In this document: piece after piece, positions 1 to 10,390 of the stretch
Position numbering within the stretch: the stretch's first letter is position 1
Layout of the letters: every line of letters starts with the position of its first letter
The notes under the pieces: model-generated
Databases searched by the model: none
The model's input: only the letters and a program-made list of their open reading frames with translations
What the model was told of the DNA's origin: nothing
Translations under genes and position numbers: made by a program
Source of the DNA: Alphaproteobacteria bacterium
GTDB taxonomy: Bacteria; Pseudomonadota; Alphaproteobacteria; GCA-2731375
Direction: 5' to 3'
NCBI GenBank assembly: GCA_965225945.1
Contig: CBDDBZ010000038.1
Location: 128,001-192,000, forward strand
DNA length: 64,000 bases

Positions 1-1081
1 GCTGGAAGGTCTCGGCCAAATCGACGAAACGCATCACCTTTTCGGAGGCGTCCGCCGTCCAGGCGCCGCCGTAGACGTAGGGATCGCTCGCCAGCACCGC
101 CACCGGCCAGCCGTCGAGCCGGGCGAGCCGGGCGAGCCCGGTGATCACCGAGCGGCCCCAGCGCCGCCCGATCTCCAGGAAACTCCCCCGGTCGACCACG
201 GCCTCGATGATGGGGCGCATCTTGTAGACCCGGCGGGGATCGCGCGGGATGGCGTCGATCAGCCAGTCCTCGCGGCGCTCGGGATCGTCCTCTACGAGAG
301 CGCGCGGGGCCAACTCGTGGACCGAGGACGGCAGGTAGGAGAGAAAGCGCCGCGCCGCCTCGAAGGCGGCGTCCTCGCTCTCGACCTCGTCGTCGACGGC
401 GCCGTTGCGGGTATGGATGTCGCTGCCGCCGAGATCGTTTTTCGAGATCTCCTCCGCGACCCGGGCGACCACGGGCGGGCCGGCGACGAACATCTGCGAG
501 GTCTCCTTGACCATCACCGAATAGTGGCTGGCCGCGACCCGCGCGGCACCCAGCCCGGCGACCGAGCCCAGCGCCAAGGCCACCACCGGCACCGTCGAGA
601 GGTTGTCCATCACCACGTCCCAGCCGCGCACCGCCGGCACGTAGGTCCGCCCCTCCATCTCGATGGTCTTGACCGAGCCGCCGCCACCGGTGCCGTCGAC
701 CAGGCGCACCAACGGCAGGCGCAGCTCGTTCGCCATCCGCTCGACATGGATCAGCTTCTCCCGGATGCCGGCGTCGTTGGCCCCGCCGCGCACGGTGAAA
801 TCATCGCCGGCGACGACGACCGGCCGGCCGTCCAGCCGGCCGCGCCCGGTCACCAGGTTGGCCGGGAGAAATTCGCTGAGCTCGCCCGATTCGTCATAGG
901 AAGCCTTGCCGGCGAGCGCGCCCACCTCGTGAAAGCTTTCCCGATCGAGCAGCCGGTCGATCCGTTCACGGAAATCGAGCTTGCCGAGGTTATGGTGCCG
1001 GGCGAGCTTTTCCGTGCCCCCCATCTCGCGGGCCAGTGCCTCGCGGCGGCGCATCTCCTCGATTTCCGGTTGCCAGCTCAT
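1..1081 (-). CDS. Acyl-CoA carboxylase carboxyltransferase (beta) subunit; 3' end runs off the window
   Basis: Manual translation from ATG at 1081 (AAGGAG RBS upstream): MSWQPEIEEMRRRE...GGTEKLARH..GKL..RERIDRLLD, DDFTVRGG, MFVAGPPVV, LGG.DIH..NGAVD. Absent from the ORF track because there is no stop in the window. Confidence 0.85.
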   Translation of the reverse strand, partial: MSWQPEIEEMRRREALAREMGGTEKLARHHNLGKLDFRERIDRLLDRESFHEVGALAGKASYDESGELSEFLPANLVTGRGRLDGRPVVVAGDDFTVRGGANDAGIREKLIHVERMANELRLPLVRLVDGTGGGGSVKTIEMEGRTYVPAVRGWDVVMDNLSTVPVVALALGSVAGLGAARVAASHYSVMVKETSQMFVAGPPVVARVAEEISKNDLGGSDIHTRNGAVDDEVESEDAAFEAARRFLSYLPSSVHELAPRALVEDDPERREDWLIDAIPRDPRRVYKMRPIIEAVVDRGSFLEIGRRWGRSVITGLARLARLDGWPVAVLASDPYVYGGAWTADASEKVMRFVDLAETFQ

Positions 1082-1109
1082 TGCCGTCTCCTTCACCTGG
1101 CGCCGGGCC

Positions 1110-1970
1110 TCAGAGCCCGTAGCGGGCCCAGAGTGCGCGTGCCTCCAGCGTCGACAACAGGCCTTCCAGCGCCGGCGCCAGGTCGGGCGCGGCCGCCGCC
1201 ATGCCGAAGCGCCGTTGCAGGAAACCCTTGCGGTCCTCGATCACCTTCAGCCGGACCTTATCGCCATAGAGCGCGCGCATCCGGCTCCGCATGTCGGCGA
1301 GCCCGTCCACCAGACCCAACTCCAGCGCCTTGGCGCCGGTCCAGAACTCACCGCTAAAGAGCGCCTCGTCCTCGCCCTTCAGGCGTTTCCCCCGGCGCGC
1401 GCGGACATGGCGCTCGAAGGATCGGTGCAAGGATTGCTGCAGCACCGTGAGCCGGGCCAGATCCTCCTCCCGCTCCGCCAGGAAGGGGTCGAGAAAGCTC
1501 TTGGCCTCGCCCGAGGTATGGAGGCGGCGTTCGACGCCGAGCTTGTCGAGCGCCCGCTCGAAGCCGAAGCCTTGAGTGATGACGCCGATGGAGCCGACGA
1601 TCGATCCGGCGTTGGCGTGGATGTCGTCGCCGGCGCAGGCGATCCAGTAGCCGCCGGATGCCGCGACGTCCTCGATGAAGACGTGGAGCGGTGTCTTCTT
1701 CTCCTCGGCGAGCGCCCTGAGCCGGTCGTGGATCAGCGCCGATTGCACCGGCGTGCCGCCCGGCGAGTTGACGGAGAGCGCCACGGCGACCAGGCGACGG
1801 GTCGCGAAGGCCGCCTCGATTCGCTGGGCGAGATCGGCGATGTTCAAGGTGGCGCGAAGCGGTCCCGAACGGGGACCGATCACGCCGTGGAGACGCAGCA
1901 CGGCGACCACCGGCGCGGGCTCGCGCAGGCGCTTGATGGGAATGTAGCGGCGCCATCGGGCGAGTTTCAT
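1110..1970 (-). CDS. S49 family peptidase (SppA/SohB-like)
   Basis: Motifs NSPGG, DVAASGGYWIAC, SIVGSIGVI, LFSGEFWTG..ALELGLVD. Confidence 0.9.
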   Translation of the reverse strand: MKLARWRRYIPIKRLREPAPVVAVLRLHGVIGPRSGPLRATLNIADLAQRIEAAFATRRLVAVALSVNSPGGTPVQSALIHDRLRALAEEKKTPLHVFIEDVAASGGYWIACAGDDIHANAGSIVGSIGVITQGFGFERALDKLGVERRLHTSGEAKSFLDPFLAEREEDLARLTVLQQSLHRSFERHVRARRGKRLKGEDEALFSGEFWTGAKALELGLVDGLADMRSRMRALYGDKVRLKVIEDRKGFLQRRFGMAAAAPDLAPALEGLLSTLEARALWARYGL

Positions 1971-2002
1971 GGCCCCACTCATAGCCGCCGGCGACGGCGG
2001 GC

Positions 2003-2758
2003 TCAAGCGCCGCCGGCCTCCAAGTCGAGCCCGGCGCCGGCCCGCAGCACCGCCTCGGCGGCGGCGGTGTAGCCGCGAGCGGGCCCGTGCAAGACCAGGC
2101 CCTCGGCGAGGCGGAGTGGCGCCTTGGCGCCCTTGCTCGCTCTCAGGATCAGCCGCTTGGCATCACGACCGGCGCGGGGGCGTAACGGAAAGACGATCAC
2201 CCCGCCGGCGTCCCCGGCGAGCGCGGCCAGCGCGGTATCCAACCGCGCCGCCGGCAGCACGAGACCGAGCGTGCCGCCGCTCCGAAGGCGCGCCAGGCAG
2301 GCCGAAATCCAGGCCTCGAGCGAGGCGCCATGGCGGGCGCGGGCGCGGCTCGGGTCGGGAGCCGGAGGCGCCGTCAGGAGATCGTGGAATGGCGGGTTGG
2401 AGATCACGTGATCGAAGTTTTCGCCACCCTCGGCCAATAGGTCGCCGGCGGCGAAGTCGACGCGGGCTGCGAGCCCGTTGCGCCGCGCGTTCTCTCCGGC
2501 GAGGGCGACCAGGCGGGAATCGATTTCGATGCCGGTGAAGCCGACCTCGGAAAGACGGCGCGCGGCGGCGAGCGCGACGATGCCGGCGCCAGAGCCGGCA
2601 TCGAGCACCCGCTCCCCCGGCCGGGCGGAGAGCGAGGCCGCCAGCAGCACCGCGTCGGAGGTGGCCCGGTGGCCGCGTTTCGGCTGCAACACGGAGAGCG
2701 CGCCGTCGAGGAAGCCGTCGTCGGTAAATTCGCCGTCGCCGGCGCTCGGTTCAGTCAT
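2003..2758 (-). CDS. SAM-dependent methyltransferase, tRNA1(Val) A37 N6-methyltransferase-like
   Basis: QPKRGHR..SDAVLLAA, VLDAGSGAG, SNPPF. Confidence 0.8.
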   Translation of the reverse strand: MTEPSAGDGEFTDDGFLDGALSVLQPKRGHRATSDAVLLAASLSARPGERVLDAGSGAGIVALAAARRLSEVGFTGIEIDSRLVALAGENARRNGLAARVDFAAGDLLAEGGENFDHVISNPPFHDLLTAPPAPDPSRARARHGASLEAWISACLARLRSGGTLGLVLPAARLDTALAALAGDAGGVIVFPLRPRAGRDAKRLILRASKGAKAPLRLAEGLVLHGPARGYTAAAEAVLRAGAGLDLEAGGA

Positions 2759-2969
2759 CTGGGAGCGCTATGCCGGCCTCGTCCAGGATCCGCCGGGCGC
2801 GAGGCGCGTCGTCGTCGGCGACCATCAGGCGCCTCGGCAAGGCGCCGATGGAGCCTTCCAGCACGCTCATATGGGCATCGAGCAGGATCGGCAGAATCGC
2901 CGCGTCGCGCAGCAGCGCCGACGACCAGCTTATCAGCACCGGATTGTTGGTTCTGAGCAGCTCGACCAT
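2751..2969 (-). CDS. DUF2007 family small protein
   Basis: MVELLRTNNPVLIS...LDAHMSVLEGSIGALPRRLMV; usual neighbour of this methyltransferase in alphaproteobacteria. Confidence 0.8.
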   Translation of the reverse strand: MVELLRTNNPVLISWSSALLRDAAILPILLDAHMSVLEGSIGALPRRLMVADDDAPRARRILDEAGIALPDD

Positions 2970-2994
2970 GCTCCCTCCCGACGCGCGCCCGACC

Positions 2995-3765
2995 TCAGCG
3001 GGAGATGAAACCGCCGTCGACCGGCAGCGGCACGCCGGTGATGTAGGAGGCCTCGTCGGAAGCGAGGAACAACCCGGCATAGGCGACCTCCTCGGGCCGG
3101 CCGGGGCGGCCGAGCGGGATCAGGGTCTTCATCCGCGCCAAATTCTCCTCCGGATCGCTCTGCTGGTCGGGCCGGCCCATGAAGATCTTCAGCATCGGCG
3201 TGTCGATCGGCCCGGGGCAGACCGCGTTGACCCGGATGTTGTCGACCGCGAGACGGCCCGCGAGCGATTGCATCAGGCCGACGACGCCGAACTTGGCGGC
3301 CGAATAGATCGGCGAGAAAGCCGAGCCCGCAAGCCCCGCCACCGAGGCGGTGAAGAGGATACTGCCACCACCCCTGGCCCGCATCGCCGGCACCGCATCG
3401 CCCGTGGTGACGACGACGGAACGAATGTTGAGGTCCATGGCGATCTCGTAGTCGCCCATCTCCACGCCCTCGACGCGGGCCGGACCGGGATGGCCGACAT
3501 GGTTCCAAAGGATGTCGAGCCCGCCGAAGGCCGCCACCACGTCGGAGACGATCCGCTTGGCGTCCTCGTCGCGTGAGAGGTCGGCCTGGATCGCCACCGC
3601 GCGACCACCCGCGCCGGTGATCTCCTCGGCAACGGCGGCGGCACCGTCCCCGTTCAGGTCGGCGACACCGACCTCGGCACCCTCGGCCGCGAAGAGCCGG
3701 GCCGCCGCCCGCCCCATGCCGGACGCCGCCGCCGTGATCAAGGCGATCTTGCCATCGAGCCGCAT
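2995..3765 (-). CDS. SDR family NAD(P)-dependent oxidoreductase
   Basis: ITAAASGMG, YSAAK catalytic motif, IRVNAVCPG, VDGG. Confidence 0.92.
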   Translation of the reverse strand: MRLDGKIALITAAASGMGRAAARLFAAEGAEVGVADLNGDGAAAVAEEITGAGGRAVAIQADLSRDEDAKRIVSDVVAAFGGLDILWNHVGHPGPARVEGVEMGDYEIAMDLNIRSVVVTTGDAVPAMRARGGGSILFTASVAGLAGSAFSPIYSAAKFGVVGLMQSLAGRLAVDNIRVNAVCPGPIDTPMLKIFMGRPDQQSDPEENLARMKTLIPLGRPGRPEEVAYAGLFLASDEASYITGVPLPVDGGFISR

Positions 3766-3854
3766 GGTCGTTCCCTCCCCCGTATCGCGGCGGCGAATCC
3801 GCCCCTCGACAACGATACGAACTGGTGGTGCGGCTTGGCAAACGCCGCCATTTC

Positions 3855-3869
3855 TTAACGCGATGTTAA
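3855..3869. promoter_or_regulatory. CtrA-like box TTAA-N7-TTAA
   Basis: TTAAcgcgatgTTAA in an AT-richer intergenic region about 90 bp upstream of the SDR start. Confidence 0.5.
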
Positions 3870-4168
3870 GGCGCCCCGAGCTATGCGTTTATCGCGGGGC
3901 TGCCATGTGTCCGTCCCCCTGGCAGTGGCGAAAAAATTTCGTAAGTTGAGCAACAAGTTTTTGCGGTGCACCCAACCTCCCTCGCGCCGCGATCCACGAT
4001 CGGAATTGGGATAAGGCTCGTCAGATGGTCAAGTTCGCGTTCGGTACGGTGGTTTGGATCGTGTTCATGACCTGGTTCCTCGACAATTACACCAATATTC
4101 TGGCCTAATGAGCCCTTCCGGGCGTCGCGCCCGGCTGCTCTCGAGTGATGGCGAGACGCAACCCGCCC

Positions 4169-6265
4169 TCAGAGATCGAGCGCCGCGACGTATTTGGAGA
4201 GCTTCTCCCGAGCGGCCTCATGGCCTGCACGGGCGTCCTCCCCCAGCAGTTGCAGCCGCTCGATCTCGTCCTCCTGAACGCCGAGCTTCCTCAGATAGCG
4301 ATTGTGGAGGCCGCTGCCGCGCGGCACGCGGGCGAGATTGTCGCGGATCCGCTTCTGGTTCTTGTCGATCGAGGCCAGGTGAGCCTTGATCCGCCCGACC
4401 TCGTGGGCGGCCGCGTCGACCGCCTTTTTCAGTGCCAGCATGCGCCGGAAGGCCTCGCGGATCGGCTCCGTCAGCTCCCGCGCGCCGATGAAGGCGCCGA
4501 CCCGCCCTTCGGTAATGTCGAGCAAGCGGATCCGCTCGGCGACCGGCCGCTCGGCCACCACCTCCACCTTGGCGCTTTCGCCCGCTTCGAAGACGCGGGT
4601 GAGGCGATAGTGGCCGGACGTGCGGTCGAGCTTCGAGGCCTCGGGCGTCACCAGCCGCCAGCCGCGCCGGATCGGATGCTCGATCATCACCTTGCGGGCC
4701 TCGCGCGCCGGGGCCTTGACCCGGTAGGTGGTGGTTCGCCGCTCGACGCGGGTGAAATGGAAGAGGCCACGATTGATCTTGCCCTTGGTGATCCAGCTCT
4801 TGGCGCCGGTCTTGACGTCGACCTTGGTCTTGTTGTCGACGGCGAAGCTCAACAGCCGATGCTCGCCCGCCGGCAGCGGCCCCATGCGCGCATCGCCCAC
4901 ATAGTTCACCGGGCCGCCGTGGCGCCGCTCGTAGAGCGTCAACACGCCCGGCGGCAGGCCGCTCTCGCCCTCGTTCACGAGCCTGACCGAGGAGAGCGGA
5001 TTGACGCCGCTCGCCGAGCCCGGGCGATGCAGCGCCAGCCGCTCCGCCGTGACCGAGCGGTCGACGATGGGGATCGCCAAGCTGTTGCCCGATTCGACGT
5101 CGATCGGCAGTCCGATGGTAAAGACCACCTGGGTCGTCGCCTCGCCCGCCCGTACGGCCATGGCGCCGCCCGCGGCACCAGGGATCGCCAGATCCTCCGA
5201 GACGGCAGCCGGTGCCGCCGCGTCCGTCGCCATCGGCGGGGGCTTGGCCACCGACATCGCCATGGTGGGCCGCGCGCGCTTGCGGCTTTCCAGCGCCGCC
5301 TTCTGCTGGTCGCCGAAGCGCTGCTTCATCGGTGCCGCCCGTTCCGCCTCGCCGGCCGCGACCAGGCCGGAATCGAGCTTCGGCAGGACCCGGCCCAGGA
5401 CCTCGACCGGCACCTCGGGGCGATCGACGAAATAGGCCTGATAGAGCGCCTGGCGGAAGGTCACGGGATTACCCGAGGCGAGGGTCAGCTCGACGCCCTC
5501 CCAGTGCTGGCCGCTCAAGTTCTCGACCACGGCCCAGCCCTGCAGCAAGCCCTCCTTGCCGGTCGGATCGGCGTCGAGCGTCAGCCGATAGGACGCCTTC
5601 CAGAGCGGCGCGCCGACGACATAGCCGACCCTGACCCGCCGCCTGCCCTCACCGCGCGACTGGATGGTCAGCGTGCGGCGGTCGCGGGCCCGGTGCGCAG
5701 CGACCTGGCGCAAGGCCTCCTCGACGGCCTCGCGCAGTCCCGGGTCGCGGAAGCCGACCGCATCCACGTCCTCCAGGATGAACTGGCGAATGCCACTCGG
5801 CGTCAGCAGGCTCACGCGATGGCGGGTGATCACGCCCTGCTCGCCGAGCGAAGTCTGCTCGGCGAGCACGCGAATGATCCGCCCCCTGAGCGGCCGAGCG
5901 CCGCCGACCACGATCTCCGCCCCCTGCAGCGCGTTCAGCAGCGCCACCGGAGAATCGAGCGCCCGCCGAGCGAAGGGGAGGTCGCGGAACACCTGCCCGA
6001 GCGGCTGGCGCCCCGGCAGCTCGATAGTGCCGACACCACCCTTGTCGTCGAACACGACGATGCTCTTCAACACGTCGTCGACTTGGTCCAGCCTGACGTC
6101 GAGCGCGAGGATCGCGTCGCCCTCGACCTCCGCCTGGTATTCGAAATAGCCGACGCCACCGGTCGACAGCAGAACCCGCGAGAGCTTCAATTCGTCTTGC
6201 GCCCAGCCCGGGGCGACAAGCAGCGCGAGAGCAAGAACGGCCGGCGCGAGCAGTTTCGAGGACAT
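4169..6265 (-). CDS. Secreted DUF4139-domain protein
   Basis: Signal peptide; LSTGGVGYFE, DDVLKSIVV.D, PLWKASYRL, LQGWAVVEN.SGQ.W, L.SG.PVTF.Q.LY. Confidence 0.75.
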   Translation of the reverse strand: MSSKLLAPAVLALALLVAPGWAQDELKLSRVLLSTGGVGYFEYQAEVEGDAILALDVRLDQVDDVLKSIVVFDDKGGVGTIELPGRQPLGQVFRDLPFARRALDSPVALLNALQGAEIVVGGARPLRGRIIRVLAEQTSLGEQGVITRHRVSLLTPSGIRQFILEDVDAVGFRDPGLREAVEEALRQVAAHRARDRRTLTIQSRGEGRRRVRVGYVVGAPLWKASYRLTLDADPTGKEGLLQGWAVVENLSGQHWEGVELTLASGNPVTFRQALYQAYFVDRPEVPVEVLGRVLPKLDSGLVAAGEAERAAPMKQRFGDQQKAALESRKRARPTMAMSVAKPPPMATDAAAPAAVSEDLAIPGAAGGAMAVRAGEATTQVVFTIGLPIDVESGNSLAIPIVDRSVTAERLALHRPGSASGVNPLSSVRLVNEGESGLPPGVLTLYERRHGGPVNYVGDARMGPLPAGEHRLLSFAVDNKTKVDVKTGAKSWITKGKINRGLFHFTRVERRTTTYRVKAPAREARKVMIEHPIRRGWRLVTPEASKLDRTSGHYRLTRVFEAGESAKVEVVAERPVAERIRLLDITEGRVGAFIGARELTEPIREAFRRMLALKKAVDAAAHEVGRIKAHLASIDKNQKRIRDNLARVPRGSGLHNRYLRKLGVQEDEIERLQLLGEDARAGHEAAREKLSKYVAALDL

Positions 6266-6394
6266 GGCTCCATTTCCCTTGAAGCGTTATGTGGAAGTCT
6301 CAGCCTGACGGTCGATTATGGCCCGAATGCGGCCTCAACGTGACCGCCCGGTGGTTTCCCCGCGCCATCCCCGGCTTCGGCGGGGCCGTCTCGC

Positions 6395-7342
6395 TCACCC
6401 GACGATGCGTCCGAATCGAACCGCAGTCTGTCCCCGACGCAACCGCTTCGACGGCATGATCAGCACGCATTCGTCGTAGGGCGTGGTCACCGGCTCGGCC
6501 CCGTCATGGCCGATCACCGTGCCCGCCTCGGGGATGATTTCCAGGCCCTGGTAATCCTCGACGAAGGCGAATTCTTCGCTCTCGATGGTGACGGGGCCGC
6601 TGACCTCGATCACCCGTTGTGGCGGCGGCGGCCGGCCGAGGTGCGGCGCCGCGTCCGCCTGGTCGATGGCGCCGGTGGCGAGGAGAAAACGGAACGTGAC
6701 CTCGATCGCCACCGCCACCGTGCTTTCGAGCCAATGCTGGCCGCATTCCACCAGCAAGGCCGTGCGTTTGCCCTCGGCCGCGCCAAATTCGCCGTGGTCC
6801 CGCATCCGGGCGCCGGCCCGGTGCCCCGCGTCGGCGACGATGTCGACCGGTACGCCCACCTCCCCGGCCAGCGCCTTGCCCCTGGGCGCGGTGCCACACA
6901 GCATGACCGGCTGGCTCGCGCCCTGCATCGAGTGGATATCGAGCAGAAAGTCGCTCTCGAGGACGAAGGGAAGATACTCGCGGGCGCGCCTGAGCTCGTG
7001 ACTGTCGCGGGGGCCGTCCAGCACCTCGGGCGACCAGAGCCGATTGAAATCCTCATCCACGAAGCGCGAGGCGCCGGGATTGTCGGGATCGAAGCGTTCG
7101 TAGGCGGCGACGTTGGCGAAGCTCAAGATCAACGTCCCGCGCCGGGGCCGGATGTCGTGCTCGAAGAGCCGCATCAGCGCATAGGCGCCGCAGAGCTCGT
7201 TGCCGTGGGTGAGCGCGTTCACCATCACCACCGGGCCGGCTGCGCCTGCCTCGAAGCGATGCACGTAATCGACGCCGGTGTTGCCGCGCGCGAAGGCCGC
7301 GATGTCGCTCGCCAGGACCTCGATTACGGGCTCGCTCACCAC
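6395..7342 (-). CDS. Succinylglutamate desuccinylase/aspartoacylase family (M14-like)
   Basis: HGNE, DFNRLW, LLDIHS, VECGQH. Confidence 0.85.
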   Translation of the reverse strand: MVSEPVIEVLASDIAAFARGNTGVDYVHRFEAGAAGPVVMVNALTHGNELCGAYALMRLFEHDIRPRRGTLILSFANVAAYERFDPDNPGASRFVDEDFNRLWSPEVLDGPRDSHELRRAREYLPFVLESDFLLDIHSMQGASQPVMLCGTAPRGKALAGEVGVPVDIVADAGHRAGARMRDHGEFGAAEGKRTALLVECGQHWLESTVAVAIEVTFRFLLATGAIDQADAAPHLGRPPPPQRVIEVSGPVTIESEEFAFVEDYQGLEIIPEAGTVIGHDGAEPVTTPYDECVLIMPSKRLRRGQTAVRFGRIVG

Positions 7343-7371
7343 TCCGCCTCGCTTCGCTTCATCGTCGACGC

Positions 7372-8598
7372 TCAGAGGCGGGAATAGTCGATCGGACGGG
7401 TGTGGTCCAGGGCAATACCCGCCACCGGCATCGGATATTTGAGGCCCGTGGCGCAGTTGAAGAGGACGACACGGGCGCCCACCTCGATCCGCCCCTCGGT
7501 CACGGCGCGCCGGTACGCCGCATAGGTCGCGGCGGCTTCCGGGCAGAGCAGAATGCCGCTGGCGAGCGCCGCCTCCCGCCTGGCCTCCATGATCACCTCG
7601 TCGTCGACCGCAAGGGCGAAGCCGCCGCTGTCGCGGACCGCGCGGAGGATCAGAAAATCACCGATCGCCACCGGCACCCGGATGCCGGCGGCGATGGTGT
7701 GCGCATCGGGCCAGAGCTCGGCGTGCTCGCGCCCCTCCTCCCAGGCGCGCACGATGGGCGCGCAGCCGCTCGCCTGCACGACGATCATCTTGGGCCGCTC
7801 GGGGCCGATCCAGCCCATCGCCTCCAGCTCCTCGAAAGCCTTCCACATGCCGATGATGCCGGTGCCGCCGCCGGTCGGGTAAAACACGGCATCCGGGAGC
7901 GTCCAGCCGAACTGCTCCGCCAGCTCCAGCCCCATGGTCTTCTTGCCCTCGATCCGGTAGGGCTCCTTCAAGGTCGTGGTGTCGAACCAGCCCATCGGCT
8001 CCTTGCCGTCGCCGACGATTTTGCCGCAGTCGTTGATCAGGCCGTTCACGCGGTAGACCTTGGCGCCGTGCAGCGCGATTTCGCGAAGATTGATCTCCGG
8101 CGTGTCCTCGGGGCAGAAGACGTCGGCCGCGATTCCAGCGGCACGGCAATAAGCGGCGAGCGCGGCGCCGGCATTGCCGTTGCTCGGCATCGCCATTCGC
8201 TCGACGCCCAGTTCCTTGGCCATGGAGACCGCGACGCTGAGCCCGCGTGCCTTGAAGGACCCGGTGGGGAGCCGCCCCTCCTCCTTGACGTAGACCTCGG
8301 GCCCCAGCGCGGGGGCATGGACGAGAGGCGTCATGGTCTCGCCGAGCGAGATCACGTTCTCGGCCCGCCGCACCGGCAACAGCTCGCGGTAGCGCCAGAA
8401 ATCCGGCGCCCGGGCGGCGAGCGTCGCCTTGTCGAGCGCGAGCGCAACGCCCTCCAGGTCGTAGCGCACCAGGATCGGCTTGCCTTCGGGTGAGAGGTTG
8501 TGCAACTCGCCGGCCGGCAGATGCTCGCCGGTGGCGCTGCATTCCAGATGACTTACGAAGTTGGGCCGTTTCGCCCGGACGTTGTCGAGATGGTGCAT
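7372..8598 (-). CDS. Threonine synthase-like PLP enzyme
   Basis: LPTGSFKARG, SNGNAG, RIEGKKTMG, PTGGGTG; start uncertain. Confidence 0.88.
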   Translation of the reverse strand: MHHLDNVRAKRPNFVSHLECSATGEHLPAGELHNLSPEGKPILVRYDLEGVALALDKATLAARAPDFWRYRELLPVRRAENVISLGETMTPLVHAPALGPEVYVKEEGRLPTGSFKARGLSVAVSMAKELGVERMAMPSNGNAGAALAAYCRAAGIAADVFCPEDTPEINLREIALHGAKVYRVNGLINDCGKIVGDGKEPMGWFDTTTLKEPYRIEGKKTMGLELAEQFGWTLPDAVFYPTGGGTGIIGMWKAFEELEAMGWIGPERPKMIVVQASGCAPIVRAWEEGREHAELWPDAHTIAAGIRVPVAIGDFLILRAVRDSGGFALAVDDEVIMEARREAALASGILLCPEAAATYAAYRRAVTEGRIEVGARVVLFNCATGLKYPMPVAGIALDHTRPIDYSRL

Positions 8599-8704
8599 GC
8601 GCCGATATCGCACGCGCCATGGCCGGCGACAAGTCGCGTCGAAACCAAGTATCCTCGGTGCCTCGGCCGCGGGCTTGACGGTTTCCAAACGGCGGTCCGG
8701 CGAA

Positions 8705-9712
8705 TTAGAGCAGCCGGGGCAGCACCTTCTCGGTGAAGGTGATGAAGGAGGCGTGGCTGAGCGGCGCGCACAGCAGATAGTCGAGGTGGATCTCCTCCTG
8801 GAGGCGCTGGAGCTGGTCGATCACGCGCTCGGGCGAGCCCCAGATGGTGACGCTGTGGAGATAACGCTCCACCGGATCCAACTCTCGGCTCTCGCCGTCG
8901 ACTTCGACCACCAGGGTCGGGTTGGCCATGCCCTTGGCTTCGTTCTTGTAGCTCTCGATGATCCAGGCGGCGCCGCGGCGCGCGACCTGCTCGGCCTCCG
9001 CGTCGGTGTCGGCCATGGCGATGAAGCGGGTCATCGGAATCTCCCGGCCATCCATCGCATGCCCGCTCGATTGCAGGCCGGCGGCGAAGATCCCGCGATA
9101 TTCCAGCAGCACGTCGAAGGTCGCATGCGGCCCCAACATCGCCGTGTAGCCGCGCTCGCCGGCCCATTTCAGCGCCGGCGGCGAGCCCGCCGCGACCCAG
9201 ACCGGCGGGTGCGGCGACTGCGCCGGCTTCGGCAGCACCTCGACATCCTCGAAGCACCAGTTCTCGCTCGCCCAAGTCAACCGCTCGTTGGTCCAGGCCG
9301 CGAGCACGATGTCCACCGCCTCCTGGAAGCGGGCGCGCGAGTGCTCCAACGGCACGTCGAAGGCGGCGAACTCCCTCGGATCGAAGCCCCGGCCGGCGCC
9401 CCAGTTGACCCGGCCACCGGTCAGCACGTCGAGCATCGCCACCTCTTCGGCCAGCCGCAACGGGTGGTAGAAGGCGGCCAGCGACACGGCCGTGCCGATT
9501 CTCAGATTCTCGGTCCGATCGGCGACGTGCATGCCCATCAGGTGGACCGACGGACAGATCGAATAGTCGGTGAAGTGGTGCTCGGCCAGCCAGACGCAGT
9601 CGTAGCCCGTCCGGTCCATCAGATCGATGCGCTGCAGCGCCCGCTCATAGACCTGTTCCAGCGCGTAGCGTCGACCCGGCCAGGAGAAGAACTGCAACAC
9701 ACCGAACTTCAT
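8705..9712 (-). CDS. LLM-class flavin-dependent (luciferase-like) oxidoreductase
   Basis: MKFGV, VWLAEHHF, HPLRLAEEVAMLDVLTGGR, PKPAQSPHPP. Confidence 0.9.
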   Translation of the reverse strand: MKFGVLQFFSWPGRRYALEQVYERALQRIDLMDRTGYDCVWLAEHHFTDYSICPSVHLMGMHVADRTENLRIGTAVSLAAFYHPLRLAEEVAMLDVLTGGRVNWGAGRGFDPREFAAFDVPLEHSRARFQEAVDIVLAAWTNERLTWASENWCFEDVEVLPKPAQSPHPPVWVAAGSPPALKWAGERGYTAMLGPHATFDVLLEYRGIFAAGLQSSGHAMDGREIPMTRFIAMADTDAEAEQVARRGAAWIIESYKNEAKGMANPTLVVEVDGESRELDPVERYLHSVTIWGSPERVIDQLQRLQEEIHLDYLLCAPLSHASFITFTEKVLPRLL

Positions 9713-9890
9713 GCGAACCATCCGCCCCCGTGCCCGACCCTCAAGCGCCGAGCCCCGGAAATACCTAGCCCATGGGCCGCTGCTGTCAAGCCGCGCAAAG
9801 GGTTTGCCATCAGCCGTCGGACGCCACATGATCAAGCCGTGATTCCGCCGCGACGCTTCCGTCGCGGCCATGGAGGGGAGAACTGATGCG

Positions 9891-10387
9891 ATGATCGGAA
9901 AGAGTTTGTTCAGTGGCCTGGCCCTGTGCGCGACGCTTCTCGTCGCCACCGCGCCTGCGCCCGAAGCCAAAGCGTAATCGGACCAGGAGGGCGTGAAGGT
10001 CGGCCTGCTCACCTGCAATGTCGGCAGCGGCTGGGGCTTCATCTTCGGCTCCTCCAAGGAGCTGAAATGCGTCTTCGCGCCCGCAGGCGACAAACCCTCG
10101 GAGCGTTATGCGGCACGATCGACAAGTTCGGCGTCGACATCGGCTACACCGCGGCCGGCGTCATCCTCTGGGGCGTTCTGGCGCCGACCAGCGACGTCGG
10201 GCCGGGTGCGCTGGCGGGCACCTATGGCGGCGCCACGGCGCAGGTGACGGCCGGTGTCGGCGTCGGCGCCAACGTGCTGGTGGGCGGTGGCAACTCGATC
10301 TCGCTGCAGCCGGTCAGCATCTCCGGTCAGAAGGGGTTGAACGTCGCCGGCGGCATCGCGGCGGTCACGCTCAGGGCGGCCCGCTAG
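9891..10387 (+). pseudogene. DUF992 family secreted protein, disrupted
   Basis: Signal peptide from ATG 9891, in-frame TAA at 9975-9977, then VKVGLLTC..GWGFIFGSSKEL.C; frameshift near 10110 into GTIDKFGVDIG...ISLQPVSISGQ.GLNVAGG. Confidence 0.8.
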
Positions 10388-10390
10388 GCT

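Noticed and set aside
4145-6343. Long antisense and alternative-frame ORFs (e.g. 732 aa here, 554 aa opposite IS21, 485 aa opposite TolC)
   Set aside because: Shadow ORFs from high GC content; no motifs, and they overlap well-supported genes.
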